This document shows, in pieces, positions 44,572 through 54,549 of a stretch of DNA of 64,000 bases (position 1 is the first letter of the stretch; each line of letters begins with the position of its first letter). A model generated the notes under the pieces. It did not search any database. It worked only from the letters and a program-made list of their open reading frames with translations, and was not told where the DNA came from. The stretch lies in NCBI GenBank assembly GCA_900554535.1, contig USIA01000001.1, forward strand, positions 1,145 through 65,144. The letters are read 5' to 3'. Source of the stretch: an uncultured Oscillospiraceae bacterium (GTDB lineage: Bacteria > Bacillota > Clostridia > Oscillospirales > Acutalibacteraceae). The position numbers were made by a program, and so were the translations under genes.

Positions 44572-47115
44572 TTATGCTTTTTCTTCCCGTTTCAGCTCCG
44601 CCGGTTCTGCCAGATGGATCTTTCCTTCCCGAAATATGTGGATAAATACCTCCGCCATATCCGGATCGAACTGTTTTCCTTCCTCTTCTCTTATGATCCG
44701 AAGAGCTTTTTCCACTGGCATCAGTTCTTTATAACAACGTTTGGATGTCATGGCATCAAAGGAATCTGCGATGCAGAGGATCCTTGCAGATGCCGGGATA
44801 TCTTCTCCCGCGATCCTCCTTGGATAGCCGTTTCCGTCATAACGTTCGTGATGACCGATAACCGCAGGGATAACATAATCCAGCGACGGAAGGTGACGGA
44901 TGATCCCGATGGACGCTTCCACATGACCTTTCATGATCTCATACTCTTCATCCGTAAGCTTGCCTTCTTTATTCAGGATATGCTCCGGGATCCCGATCTT
45001 TCCAACATCATGAAGAAGCGCCGCCTGACGGATGATCTCCACCATTTCCGTTGTATAGTTCAGCGCCTTCGCAAGACTTGTTGCGTAATAAGCCACATTG
45101 TTGGAATGTCCGAAGGTATAATGATCTTTGGTATCAATGGCTGCAGTCAGCGCATAGATCGTGGATTCATAGGACTGATAAATATGTTCATGATCGGATT
45201 TCTTACCCGCATTTTCTGCATCCAGGCTTTCCTTCAGCATGGTGTCAAAAATCTCGATGCCGTTTTTACCGCTGCGCTTTACATGATATACTGCCAGGTC
45301 CGCATTATCCAGAAGTTCCTTTGCTGAGCGTGCCGCATAAGGCGCCGCACTGATCCCCACGCTTACCGTAAGGATCTTCAGCTTGTAGTCTGCAGAATCG
45401 TTGCGCATATGCAGGATCTGCTTCTGTATGGATTCTGCCAGATTTCTGGCGGAAAAAATATCGTAATTTGGCATCAGGACCGCAAATTCCTTGGCACTGT
45501 GACGTGCCACATATCCCTGTTCTCCCACACTTGCCTGGATGATATCTGCCACCTTTCGAAGTGCAACATCTCCCTGCTGATTTCCGTACAGCTGATTGTA
45601 CAGCTTGAAATCATCAATATTGAACAGGATCAGTGCAAGCGAACCCTCTTTATTTTTTTCGTATTCCTCATCCAGGATCTCATAAAAATATTTCCGGTTC
45701 AGAAGGCCCGTCAGTTCATCGGTCCTTGCCTCAGTCCATGCCGCCTCATAAAGTCTGGCATTTTTGATGGCAATAGAAGCTACTGAGCTGACCGAAGACA
45801 GCATGGCAAGGTCATTATGGTTCAGATTCCTGTGTCCGTCACCGGAAATCGCAATGATCCCGGCCAGATCATCATTTTGTCGAAGACCTGCACAGTATTC
45901 GATACCCAGCTCTGAAAACATATGTTTCTCCGACTCCCACATGGATTTGTAGGCTGTGGAAGAACGAAAATCCCGGATCACCACACAGTCCTCATTTCTG
46001 GTAAGCCAGGTGACCACCGGATTATCCGCTTTCAGCGAAAAGGTCAGATCGTTCAACGGACGGTTGCTGTAAACAGCCTGATATTCCCCTGATTTTTTGT
46101 CTCTCAGACAAATATAGATCCGTCCTGCATTGGTAGTTTCCTTCAGCACATTTACCGTATTGCGCAGGATCTCTCCTACCCGGAGTGTCCTGGATACTGA
46201 CTGGCTGAAATCTTTCAGCTCCTGAGACTGCTGGATCTCTTTTTTGATAAAAACATTGTTCATCAGACATTTCCACAGCACTGTGACCAGCCATGCAGAT
46301 ATGAGAAAAACGAAAGAAAAGATCAGCACATGATACTCACTGGCTGCAGGGAGCAACATTCGGATATAACTCATCAGGTACGGTGAAAGATTGATAAACA
46401 GTACTACCGTCAGGACCACGCCCACACCAAAGCAAACCCCATCTGACGCAAGACGGCGCATCTGGAACAGCCGTCTTCTGGTCAGTGCATAAAGCATCAG
46501 GACAGCATTGATCAGACCGCTGACAATATCAATGGGGAATCCGGAAAATGCCGGCACTGCCAGCGCAAGGTTTCCCACAAAAATGATCAGTATCCCCACA
46601 AGGATCGGTTCGATCTGTTTGCGGTATCCGGGATGTCTCCGGCATCCGCGGTACATGGTAATAAAAATCTGGATAATGGTGATTCCTGATACCACAAAGA
46701 ACAGAAGGAACCAGGGTGTGATCTTATAAACAAAATGCGCACCACCGTTTTTACGGATCAGATCTGGCCAGCGCAGGATGATCCCGCCCGGGATGTTGAT
46801 CACAAAAAGCAGCATCATCAAAAGCAATGGGATCTTGCTTTTTCTGCCCATACGCACTCCCATGAATTCGCTGATGAACACATAGTAAAAATATGGCAGA
46901 AACAGGATTCCTGCCAGAGACACATAATACCACAGGATGTACGAGGGGCCTGCTTCCATACGCATCAGAAAAGAGCCCAGCGTCCAGCAGAGCATTCCTC
47001 CCAGCACACACATGAAACTGTTGATGATCCGGCTGCGCTTACCAGCCAGAAGAGTCAGTATCATAAATGTATAGAAAAAAACTGAAATGATTGAAAATGA
47101 TATATAGCTTTCCAT
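44572..47115 (-). CDS. Membrane sensor (7TM-like) - GAF - degenerate GGDEF - HD-GYP phosphodiesterase
   Basis: About 9 TM N-terminus; TDELTGLLNR, DDFK.YN, ARHSAKEF (degenerate); HDVGK, HHERYDGNGYP intact. Confidence 0.9.
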   Translation of the reverse strand: MESYISFSIISVFFYTFMILTLLAGKRSRIINSFMCVLGGMLCWTLGSFLMRMEAGPSYILWYYVSLAGILFLPYFYYVFISEFMGVRMGRKSKIPLLLMMLLFVINIPGGIILRWPDLIRKNGGAHFVYKITPWFLLFFVVSGITIIQIFITMYRGCRRHPGYRKQIEPILVGILIIFVGNLALAVPAFSGFPIDIVSGLINAVLMLYALTRRRLFQMRRLASDGVCFGVGVVLTVVLFINLSPYLMSYIRMLLPAASEYHVLIFSFVFLISAWLVTVLWKCLMNNVFIKKEIQQSQELKDFSQSVSRTLRVGEILRNTVNVLKETTNAGRIYICLRDKKSGEYQAVYSNRPLNDLTFSLKADNPVVTWLTRNEDCVVIRDFRSSTAYKSMWESEKHMFSELGIEYCAGLRQNDDLAGIIAISGDGHRNLNHNDLAMLSSVSSVASIAIKNARLYEAAWTEARTDELTGLLNRKYFYEILDEEYEKNKEGSLALILFNIDDFKLYNQLYGNQQGDVALRKVADIIQASVGEQGYVARHSAKEFAVLMPNYDIFSARNLAESIQKQILHMRNDSADYKLKILTVSVGISAAPYAARSAKELLDNADLAVYHVKRSGKNGIEIFDTMLKESLDAENAGKKSDHEHIYQSYESTIYALTAAIDTKDHYTFGHSNNVAYYATSLAKALNYTTEMVEIIRQAALLHDVGKIGIPEHILNKEGKLTDEEYEIMKGHVEASIGIIRHLPSLDYVIPAVIGHHERYDGNGYPRRIAGEDIPASARILCIADSFDAMTSKRCYKELMPVEKALRIIREEEGKQFDPDMAEVFIHIFREGKIHLAEPAELKREEKA

Positions 47116-47117
47116 AG

Positions 47118-48749
47118 TTACTTCCTCATATTCCCTAATCCGATCTCATCCTGCAGTCTCAAAAGTTCCGCCACCTCATAATAAGGAGTGCTCATATGCC
47201 GTGGTTTCCGTCCTTTTCTGGACTCATACAGATGAAAGGTACCACAGCGCAGGATGGTCACCACAAGGGGATCCATTCCCAGGATTTTCTTCAGATCCCG
47301 GTAATCCTGATCGATATATTTGAAATACGTGGTCAGAAGTTCTTTCAGAATATCCGTGCTCATAGCCTGATACATCAGCGCTTCTTTTTTTACTTCTATA
47401 TAAAGATGCAGATATGGGCGTTTTTTCTCATTATATTCTTTCACTGCGATCCAATCCGTAACCGGCTGCCCGGACAGCTGGATCACACTTTTGATACCAT
47501 TTTCCGAAATCCTGGTAAAGCCTGCGATATCAATGATCCACGGAACACGGTCTATGTACTCAAATCTTGGGATCTGTGTCCGGTCCTCCTGGTTGGTAAG
47601 ACCCACGCACCGATACATATCTCCCACACGGTACCTGGCAAAGGCTCCGCCCTTCAACACAGTGATCACAAGCTCATATTTCTCCCCGGGAACAACCTCA
47701 TCCATAAGATAGGTCGGAGGAGTGAACGTGGGATCCTCATAATTATGGAGCATATCCTTTTCGGTGATAAATTCATAAAAGCAGGTATCCGGGAAAAAGT
47801 ACATTCCGTTCCTGGTCCAGGTCTCGGTTCCTATAATGGAAGGTTCCGTTCCTGCAAAAAGCTCCATGGGCCGAACTCCCCACATTTCCTCCAGATCATC
47901 CTTATAGCACTGGTTGTCGGTTCCTGCCACCATAAATCCCTTCAGGTGAAAAAGGTCTTTCGGAAGAAGCTCCCGTTTCTCCTTCTTACAGATCTTTTTG
48001 GCATTCAGGATCCTTTTCAGCATCTTTGGTTTATACTGCAGAAGTTCCGAAAAGGAGATTTTGCTTTTTCCTGATGATACGCTTCCGGTGAGGCTCTGGC
48101 TTACTGCATAGGCCACACTTCCAAGTCCGAAGAAAAATTCCACGTCCTGTTTCATGGCCATCTTGAAGCCCTCTTTATTCCGCTCACCAAAGCTCATATT
48201 TACCGCATCTTCCACTTCCGGAAGAAAACGGATGTCGATATCTTCTTTCAGCGCCAGTGGAAAAAGGCCGGTAGCAAAAGGCAGCGGTGCCAGTCCGTAA
48301 AGGATCTTGTCCGTTTCCTCCACATCAAATTTGCCCTTTTCACGGCTTGTAGCCAATATGAGGCAGGCAACTACATTGTTCCTGTAGGTATCCAGCATAC
48401 TTCTTGTGTATGGTGCTACCTTTATCGGATGGCGTCCGCCTTCCCAGGTCGTCTGTATCCAGATGATCGGATTCCCCGGAAGAGTTTCACTTCTCTTCTG
48501 GAGGAGCATATCCGCATAATCCTCATAAGTGGTAAGAGGTACCAGCCGACGGAACTCATCGATCCCGGATGGTCTCCTGCCCTTCAGAATGCTTTTGCCC
48601 AGTTCACAGTCTGACCAGAGCTGGATCTGCTCTTCCATCAGGCGATTCTGGATCTTCATGTAATCCTGCATTGTCAGATCAAGAAATCCGCAATATTCTT
48701 TCCAGATAGCATCATACTGCTGTTTTCGAAGCTTTTCGCCAAGACTCAC
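47118..48749 (-). CDS. GH3-family acyl acid-amido synthetase-like protein
   Basis: VPLTTYEDY, FAGTE, YEF, GEKYELVIT...GAFARYRVGD; probable GTG start overlapping the upstream TGA (alternative ATG 48773). Confidence 0.82.
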   Translation of the reverse strand: MSLGEKLRKQQYDAIWKEYCGFLDLTMQDYMKIQNRLMEEQIQLWSDCELGKSILKGRRPSGIDEFRRLVPLTTYEDYADMLLQKRSETLPGNPIIWIQTTWEGGRHPIKVAPYTRSMLDTYRNNVVACLILATSREKGKFDVEETDKILYGLAPLPFATGLFPLALKEDIDIRFLPEVEDAVNMSFGERNKEGFKMAMKQDVEFFFGLGSVAYAVSQSLTGSVSSGKSKISFSELLQYKPKMLKRILNAKKICKKEKRELLPKDLFHLKGFMVAGTDNQCYKDDLEEMWGVRPMELFAGTEPSIIGTETWTRNGMYFFPDTCFYEFITEKDMLHNYEDPTFTPPTYLMDEVVPGEKYELVITVLKGGAFARYRVGDMYRCVGLTNQEDRTQIPRFEYIDRVPWIIDIAGFTRISENGIKSVIQLSGQPVTDWIAVKEYNEKKRPYLHLYIEVKKEALMYQAMSTDILKELLTTYFKYIDQDYRDLKKILGMDPLVVTILRCGTFHLYESRKGRKPRHMSTPYYEVAELLRLQDEIGLGNMRK

Positions 48750-49327
48750 CGCCTTTTCCCCCCTTTTCGCCATGTTTTTATGCAGGCAGCTGTACTGTTT
48801 CGGTCTGGGATCAGAAAGGGAGTTGTCTGCTGATACGCTCCGTAATTACTGAATGTTTCCGGAAACACGATCCTGTCCTGGTAAAAAATGTACAATATGT
48901 TCCACACGATAAGGACCCCAAAAGCCCCAAGTGCCTTCCCGGATCCCAGAAATCCGGCCAGGCAAAAATAAAATCCGGCGAACCACAGAACGCCAGGATG
49001 TCGGCAGAGTGCATAAACACCCTCTGTATAGGCCAGCCTTTCATGATTTTCTTTGACATATGTCTCATCAAAGGGCAGCGCAAAAAACAATGTATAGATC
49101 AACAGTCCCAGAAACAGAATCGCTGCTGTCAGAAAAACAGCAGAAATAAAAAAAGAACTTCCCCGCCGCGGCCAGCAGCTCCGGATCACCAGACCTGTTG
49201 ACACTGCGATCAGGAAACATCCTATGCTAAAAAACGGATGAAGAAAGCTTTTTTTCAATCGGATACTGTTATGATCATACAGGAAGCAGCATAAAAAGCC
49301 GATACTCCCTATAATAACCGCAGTCAT
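48746..49327 (-). CDS. ICMT/PEMT-like integral membrane methyltransferase
   Basis: 4-5 TM, TEGVYALCRHPG, Y..YQQTTPFLIP C-terminal motif. Confidence 0.75.
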   Translation of the reverse strand: MTAVIIGSIGFLCCFLYDHNSIRLKKSFLHPFFSIGCFLIAVSTGLVIRSCWPRRGSSFFISAVFLTAAILFLGLLIYTLFFALPFDETYVKENHERLAYTEGVYALCRHPGVLWFAGFYFCLAGFLGSGKALGAFGVLIVWNILYIFYQDRIVFPETFSNYGAYQQTTPFLIPDRNSTAACIKTWRKGGKRR

Positions 49328-49565
49328 CTGTATTTTCCCCCTTCATTTATGTAAAGCGGACCTTCTCATTCCGCTCTGCTGCATTCTCAGGAACGAGACC
49401 CATTCATGGTCAGTACCCTAAAGAATGCTCTATATTACTAGAAAACAACTACTTGTTCATTATATAGCACATAGCTGACTTTCGCAATCGTTTTTGACTA
49501 ATATATGCTGAATATTGGCACAAATTTTATCAATTATGACAGTTTATTTGTTTTTTCTTCCGGAA

Positions 49566-50045
49566 TCAGAGGTAACGGATCTCTACGTGCATTTCGCCCT
49601 TTCCATCTGTCTCCATTACTGCATAGCTTGGACGGCGTCCCCGTTGTCTGGGATAAGCCAGACTTCCGGGATTTACCAGAAGCACACCTGATTCCTTTTC
49701 AACAACCGGTACGTGGATATGTCCGAAAAAAGCCGCATTGCATCCCCTTGAGCGGGCAGCTTCTGCCAGCTGATCAAAGGCCATGGATACACCGTAGTAA
49801 TGACCATGAGTTACCAGGATCTTATTTCCCTCGACCTCGATCACATCTTCTCTCGGAAGATCCGAGAAAAAATCATTATTTCCGGACACAATACTGCAGG
49901 GACATTCTGCAAGGGCTTCGATATAAAATTCTCTGCCTTCCACATCTCCACAATGTACCAGCATGTCAAAAGGAGCCTCCCGATTTATCGCGATCTCCAG
50001 GTTTTCATCTCTTCCGTGAGTATCGCTTACGATCAGCACCTTCAT
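49566..50045 (-). CDS. Metallophosphoesterase (YfcE/MJ0936 family)
   Basis: SDTHG, HCGD, GNND, THGH, GHIH, NPGS. Confidence 0.9.
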   Translation of the reverse strand: MKVLIVSDTHGRDENLEIAINREAPFDMLVHCGDVEGREFYIEALAECPCSIVSGNNDFFSDLPREDVIEVEGNKILVTHGHYYGVSMAFDQLAEAARSRGCNAAFFGHIHVPVVEKESGVLLVNPGSLAYPRQRGRRPSYAVMETDGKGEMHVEIRYL

Positions 50046-50626
50046 ACAAGCTCTTCCTTTATAAGGCAAAGAGCTTTTCCACGATGGCTGATCCTGTTCT
50101 TTTCTTCCATGGAAAGCTCTGCGGAAGTACAGCCATATTCCGGAAGATAAAAGATCGGGTCATAGCCAAAGCCATTCTCCCCTTTTTCCTCGTAGCCGAT
50201 GCGGCCTTCCATGGCAGCACGGACTGTCTTTCTTCTGCCATCCGGGAAAACTGCCGCAATAGCACATACAAAACGTGCAGTACGTTTCTCATCGGGTACA
50301 CCTTCCAGACGCTGGATCAGGTTTGCGTTTTTAATATGATAAGAAGTATCCTCACCCATATAGCGTGCGGAATAGATTCCCGGCTCTTTGTTCAGATAGT
50401 CGATCTCCAGACCGGAATCATCTGCCAGAACGATCTCGCCGGTCATTTTACTGATGGCTTCTGCCTTGATCATGGCATTTTCTTCAAAGCTTTTTCCGTT
50501 TTCTTCAATATCCGCATGGATCCCGGCATCCTTCAGGGAAAGGATCTCCAGGGAAGGATCCGCAAGTATCCTTCGGATTTCCTTCATTTTATCCTCGTTT
50601 CCGGTAGCAAAAATGATCTTTTTCAT
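50042..50626 (-). CDS. rdgB: XTP/dITP diphosphatase (Ham1 family)
   Basis: ATGN..K, ADDSGL, PGIYSARY, GFGYDP, SHRGKA. Confidence 0.95.
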   Translation of the reverse strand: MKKIIFATGNEDKMKEIRRILADPSLEILSLKDAGIHADIEENGKSFEENAMIKAEAISKMTGEIVLADDSGLEIDYLNKEPGIYSARYMGEDTSYHIKNANLIQRLEGVPDEKRTARFVCAIAAVFPDGRRKTVRAAMEGRIGYEEKGENGFGYDPIFYLPEYGCTSAELSMEEKNRISHRGKALCLIKEELV

Positions 50627-51780
50627 TCTTTAATACTTCCTTTCTTCGGCGGACGTGGTCCAAGAAACTGGTAATAGTAGGTTTTCATCATTCCGTTATA
50701 AATCTTACGGTTTTTATCTGCCTTTCGGCCGATGTCATTCTCTGCCTTGTCATAGGCAGTGATCAGATACATGGACCAGCGATCCAGCCCCTTATAGCTT
50801 TCACCGATCTCACGGTACAATGCAGGGAGATTGGATTTTTCTTCGATCCGCTCACCATATGGCGGATTTGTCACGATAAAACCAAAGGGTTTGGAATGGC
50901 GGAGTTCACTGACTGGGCGCTGCTGGAAATGGATCAGCCTGTCCACTCCTGCCATTTTTGCGTTGGCGCGCGCTGCCTTAATGGCAGCTGCATCAATATC
51001 AAAGCCCTGGATATCGGTTTCAATATCAAGATTTACACGTTCTCTGGCTTCTTCTCTTGCATCCTCCCAGCATTCCTTCGGTATCAGATGCTCCCAGCTC
51101 TCGGCCAGAAAATGACGGTTCAGTCCCGGTGCCATATCCGCTGCCATCATTGCCGCCTCAATGGGAAAGGTACCGCTTCCGCAGAACGGATCGACAAGAA
51201 TACGGTCCTTTTTCCAGGGAGTAAGCATCAGAAGAGCGCTGGCAAGAGTCTCGGTAATAGGTGCCTTGACAGTCATCTGGCGATACCCTCTCTTATGAAG
51301 GGATACTCCTGAGGTGTCGATCCCGATCAGAGCTACGTCTTTCATAAAGGCCACACGGATAGGAAATTCCGGACCATCTTCCGGAAACCAGGAAATCCCG
51401 TAGATGCCTTTGAGACGCTCTACAATGGCTTTTTTCATAATGGACTGGATATCAGATGGACTGAAAAGCTTACTTTTGATGGAGTTTGCCTTGGCTACCC
51501 AGAATTTACCGTTTTTCGGTATGTAATTCTCCCATGGGAGAGCCTTGGTCTTTTCAAAAAGCTCATCAAAAGTCTCGGCCTTTACTTCGCCTATTTTCAG
51601 AAGCACACGTTCTGTGGTACGAAGGAACAGATTGGCGTCTGCCACACCCTGGGCATCAGCCTCAAAGGTTACTCTTCCGTCTTCCACCCTGGTCACTTCA
51701 TAGCCAAGATCCAGTATTTCACGCTTCAGCACCGCCTCTGTTCCAAAATGACAGGGCGCCGTTAATTCCCACAGATTCAT
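50623..51780 (-). CDS. THUMP-domain rRNA methyltransferase (RlmL/YpsC-like)
   Basis: SLHKRGYR, APITETLA, DPFCGSGT, TNPPYG. Confidence 0.92.
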   Translation of the reverse strand: MNLWELTAPCHFGTEAVLKREILDLGYEVTRVEDGRVTFEADAQGVADANLFLRTTERVLLKIGEVKAETFDELFEKTKALPWENYIPKNGKFWVAKANSIKSKLFSPSDIQSIMKKAIVERLKGIYGISWFPEDGPEFPIRVAFMKDVALIGIDTSGVSLHKRGYRQMTVKAPITETLASALLMLTPWKKDRILVDPFCGSGTFPIEAAMMAADMAPGLNRHFLAESWEHLIPKECWEDAREEARERVNLDIETDIQGFDIDAAAIKAARANAKMAGVDRLIHFQQRPVSELRHSKPFGFIVTNPPYGERIEEKSNLPALYREIGESYKGLDRWSMYLITAYDKAENDIGRKADKNRKIYNGMMKTYYYQFLGPRPPKKGSIKE

Positions 51781-52319
51781 AAAGTGATCTCCCGTACTGT
51801 ATTTCCTTCAAAATCTTTAATGGTAAAAATTCCGTTCTCAAGGATTGCATAGGTCGGCGGGTTACCTTCCTTTGGAATGGATACGGAACCTGGGTTCAGA
51901 AGGATATAATTCCCCATATTTTCTGCCTTCAGCACATGTGTATGGCCGTGGATCAGAATGTCTCCGTCCATCATCGGCGGAAGATTATCCTTATTATAGA
52001 TATGACCGTGTGTGGCGTACATCGTTTTTCCTTCGATGGCAAGGATACAGTAATCTGCCATAACCGGGAAGTCCAGGACCATCTGATCCACCTCTGCCTC
52101 ACAGTTTCCGCGTACTGCATAGATCTGGTTTTTTCTCTCATTTAAAAGGCGGATGACTTCCTTTGGTGCGTATTCCTTCGGAAGGTCATTTCTTGGTCCG
52201 TGATAAAGCAGATCTCCCAGAAGCACCAGTCTCTCCGCCTTCTCCTTGTCATATGCTTCCAGCATTTTCCGGCAGTAATATGCCGAACCATGTACATCGG
52301 ACGCAAACATATATTTCAT
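51777..52319 (-). CDS. yfcE: Phosphodiesterase YfcE
   Basis: SDVHGS, GDLLYHGPRN, RGNCE, GHTH, NPGSVSIPK. Confidence 0.9.
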   Translation of the reverse strand: MKYMFASDVHGSAYYCRKMLEAYDKEKAERLVLLGDLLYHGPRNDLPKEYAPKEVIRLLNERKNQIYAVRGNCEAEVDQMVLDFPVMADYCILAIEGKTMYATHGHIYNKDNLPPMMDGDILIHGHTHVLKAENMGNYILLNPGSVSIPKEGNPPTYAILENGIFTIKDFEGNTVREITL

Positions 52320-52445
52320 AAGCTTTTCTCCTTGTAATTTGTGTTGTTTTTTATCTCTGTTCTTTACATTATCATGATTTCCTTTAAAATACAAGATTTG
52401 TTACAGATATGCATTCGCAATCTATTTTGATATCGTCCGCTTTTT

Positions 52446-52778
52446 TTATCCGCGCACAAGATTTCTCCCTCTGTAGGCTGCAAATCCACCGATCACGGAC
52501 CTGGTACGACAGCCCTGTCTTGCCAGGCTCCGGGCAGCCTGCATGCTGGCGCCGCCGCGGTCGCAGTAAAATATCAGCAGCTTATCTTTGGGAAAACGAT
52601 ATTTCTGATCCTGTTTTTTCTCAAGATATTCCTCCAGCTCTCTGTATGGAATATTTACCGCGTTCCGGACATGTCCCCTTCTGTAGGCAGCAGGATCCCG
52701 GAGATCTATGATAACAGCGTCGCTGCGCTCCACATAATAATCCAGCATTTTTGCAGAGATAGTTTCGATCTGAAACAT
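52446..52778 (-). CDS. Rhodanese-like domain protein
   Basis: IIDLR...Y..GHV.NAVNIP, YCDRGGAS, GGFAAY. Confidence 0.88.
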   Translation of the reverse strand: MFQIETISAKMLDYYVERSDAVIIDLRDPAAYRRGHVRNAVNIPYRELEEYLEKKQDQKYRFPKDKLLIFYCDRGGASMQAARSLARQGCRTRSVIGGFAAYRGRNLVRG

Positions 52779-52890
52779 GGAAAAAATCTCCTCTTTTTGG
52801 TATATTATATGGAAGCTTCCGGGTGAATGTTCCCTTATATGTATTTAAGCGGGAAAAGCCATCTCTGACTTTTCCCGCTTTTCTTATCCT

Positions 52891-53094
52891 TTAATATCTG
52901 TCAGAGCCTCTGTCCTTCTCAGAATCATATTCATCGGAAATTTTGTTTCCGTAGCTGCTTTTGGAACTGTTTCTGGAAGAATTTCCCGAACTGTTCTTAG
53001 AGCTGTTTTTTCCGCAGTTTCTGGAAGCACTTTCCCCGTGATTTTTTCCTGCATAATTAGACTCATTTCTGTCTGTTTCGTAATTTTTCGCCAT
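52891..53094 (-). CDS. Small Asn/Ser-rich low-complexity protein
   Basis: RBS AGGAGG, NSSx tetrapeptide repeats, followed by hairpin 52847-52882. Confidence 0.7.
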   Translation of the reverse strand: MAKNYETDRNESNYAGKNHGESASRNCGKNSSKNSSGNSSRNSSKSSYGNKISDEYDSEKDRGSDRY

Positions 53095-53398
53095 TTGAAT
53101 TACCTCCTGATGAAGTTGATTTTACGGCTTTCCGAAGCTTTCTGCCGCTTTTTATTACAGGAAATAGTATCCCAAAAAGTTTGGAGATTATTCGCCAAAA
53201 TCATATTGCTTTTTTTTCCAGTTTATATTATAATCATTCTTGTAAAAAGAATTTACCCTTCAAAAATTTTTTTTACATAACCCCTTATTTAATTATTTAT
53301 ACTCCCCTCGAAACACCCGGTAGCTCCCCTACCGGGTGTTTCTCTATACAAAAACAAGCCGCCGGATGACGATCACAGTCGCTCCGGCAGCTTGTTTT

Positions 53399-54328
53399 TT
53401 ATCCGTTGATCGGATTTACATGCACCATACAGTGCTTTACATCTTTGAATTTATTCTCGATCGTATGATGTACATTTTCCGCAATATCATGTGCATCAAA
53501 AAGGGAAATACTTCCATCTGCTGCGATCTCGATATCCACATACATCTTGGATCCGAAAAGACGGGTTTTAAGAAGGTCTACTCTTCTGACGCCCGGTACC
53601 TTGAGGATCTCTCTCTTCATGAATTCCTCAGTTTTTGCATCACAGGAATGATCTACCATCTTGTCAATGGCATCCCTGAAAATGTCGATCGATGCCTTGG
53701 CGATCATAACGCAGATCACGATACTGGCGATCGGGTCCAGGATCGGGTATCCCAGTCTTGCACCGAAGATGCCGACAAACGCTCCGATAGAGGAAAGTGC
53801 ATCTGAACGATGGTGCCATGCATCTGCCATCAGGGCTCCTGAATTAATCTTCTTTGCGGCACCTCTTGTATACCAGAACATCCACTCTTTTACCACAATG
53901 GATACCACTGCTGCAATCAGTGCAAGTGTTCCCGGAATGGCAATGGTTCCACCGGATGTGCTTTTTACGATATCACGGGCACCGGTAATTCCGATCCCGA
54001 GACCAGTGACAAGCAGCATTCCTGCAAGGACAATGGAAGAAACACACTCCATTCTTTCATGTCCGTACTGGTGCTCTTTGTCTGATTTCTTTGTAGAAAG
54101 ACGGACACCGATGATTACGATGAAGGTGCTTCCCACATCTGATGCAGAATGAATGGCATCCGAGATCATTGCTCCTGAATGTGCCACAATACCTGCGATC
54201 AGTTTAAATACAGATAATAAAAGGTTTACCAGAATACTGATCCCGGATACTTTCATTGCTGTCTGCTGTTCCCATGAAGCTGTTTTTTCTGTATCATGTA
54301 TAATTGTTTTGTTTTCTGTGTGTTCCAT
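53399..54328 (-). CDS. Cation diffusion facilitator (CzcD/FieF-like)
   Basis: SDAIHSASD, HQYGHERME, ADAWHHRSDA, C-terminal ZT_dimer-like region. Confidence 0.93.
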   Translation of the reverse strand: MEHTENKTIIHDTEKTASWEQQTAMKVSGISILVNLLLSVFKLIAGIVAHSGAMISDAIHSASDVGSTFIVIIGVRLSTKKSDKEHQYGHERMECVSSIVLAGMLLVTGLGIGITGARDIVKSTSGGTIAIPGTLALIAAVVSIVVKEWMFWYTRGAAKKINSGALMADAWHHRSDALSSIGAFVGIFGARLGYPILDPIASIVICVMIAKASIDIFRDAIDKMVDHSCDAKTEEFMKREILKVPGVRRVDLLKTRLFGSKMYVDIEIAADGSISLFDAHDIAENVHHTIENKFKDVKHCMVHVNPING

Positions 54329-54503
54329 AAACAGGACCTCCTTTTAAATATATGATCAGGTTCTTCTTATGGCACAACATTTTCCGTGAAAAAACCGACG
54401 GTTCCTTCACTACTCGCTGCAGTGCGATTTTCCGCCGGTGTTCTTTCTTTTCTGTATAGGGATATCCCAGCTTCTACCTTCTGTTCCATCCATATTTTGC
54501 AGT

Positions 54504-54549
54504 AAAAAAGACATACCTGCGAAACATACACTGTCCCGCAGATATGTCT
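54504..54549 (-). terminator. Riboswitch expression-platform terminator
   Basis: AGACATATCTGCG...CGCAGGTATGTCT + TTTTT overlapping the 3' strand of the aptamer. Confidence 0.85.

Noticed and set aside
49330..49450. Possible c-di-GMP riboswitch upstream of the GH3 operon
   Set aside because: No GGCAAA/GACGCAAA class I motif or recognisable class II pattern; only weak hairpins.
52884..53066. Alternative-frame 60-aa ORF over the Asn/Ser-rich gene
   Set aside because: Lacks an RBS; the 52891-53094 frame has AGGAGG, and the repeats explain the open frame.
54407..54417. 11-bp match (GCGAGTAGTGA, minus strand) to the ICE left end
   Set aside because: Short, with no supporting context; compatible with chance.
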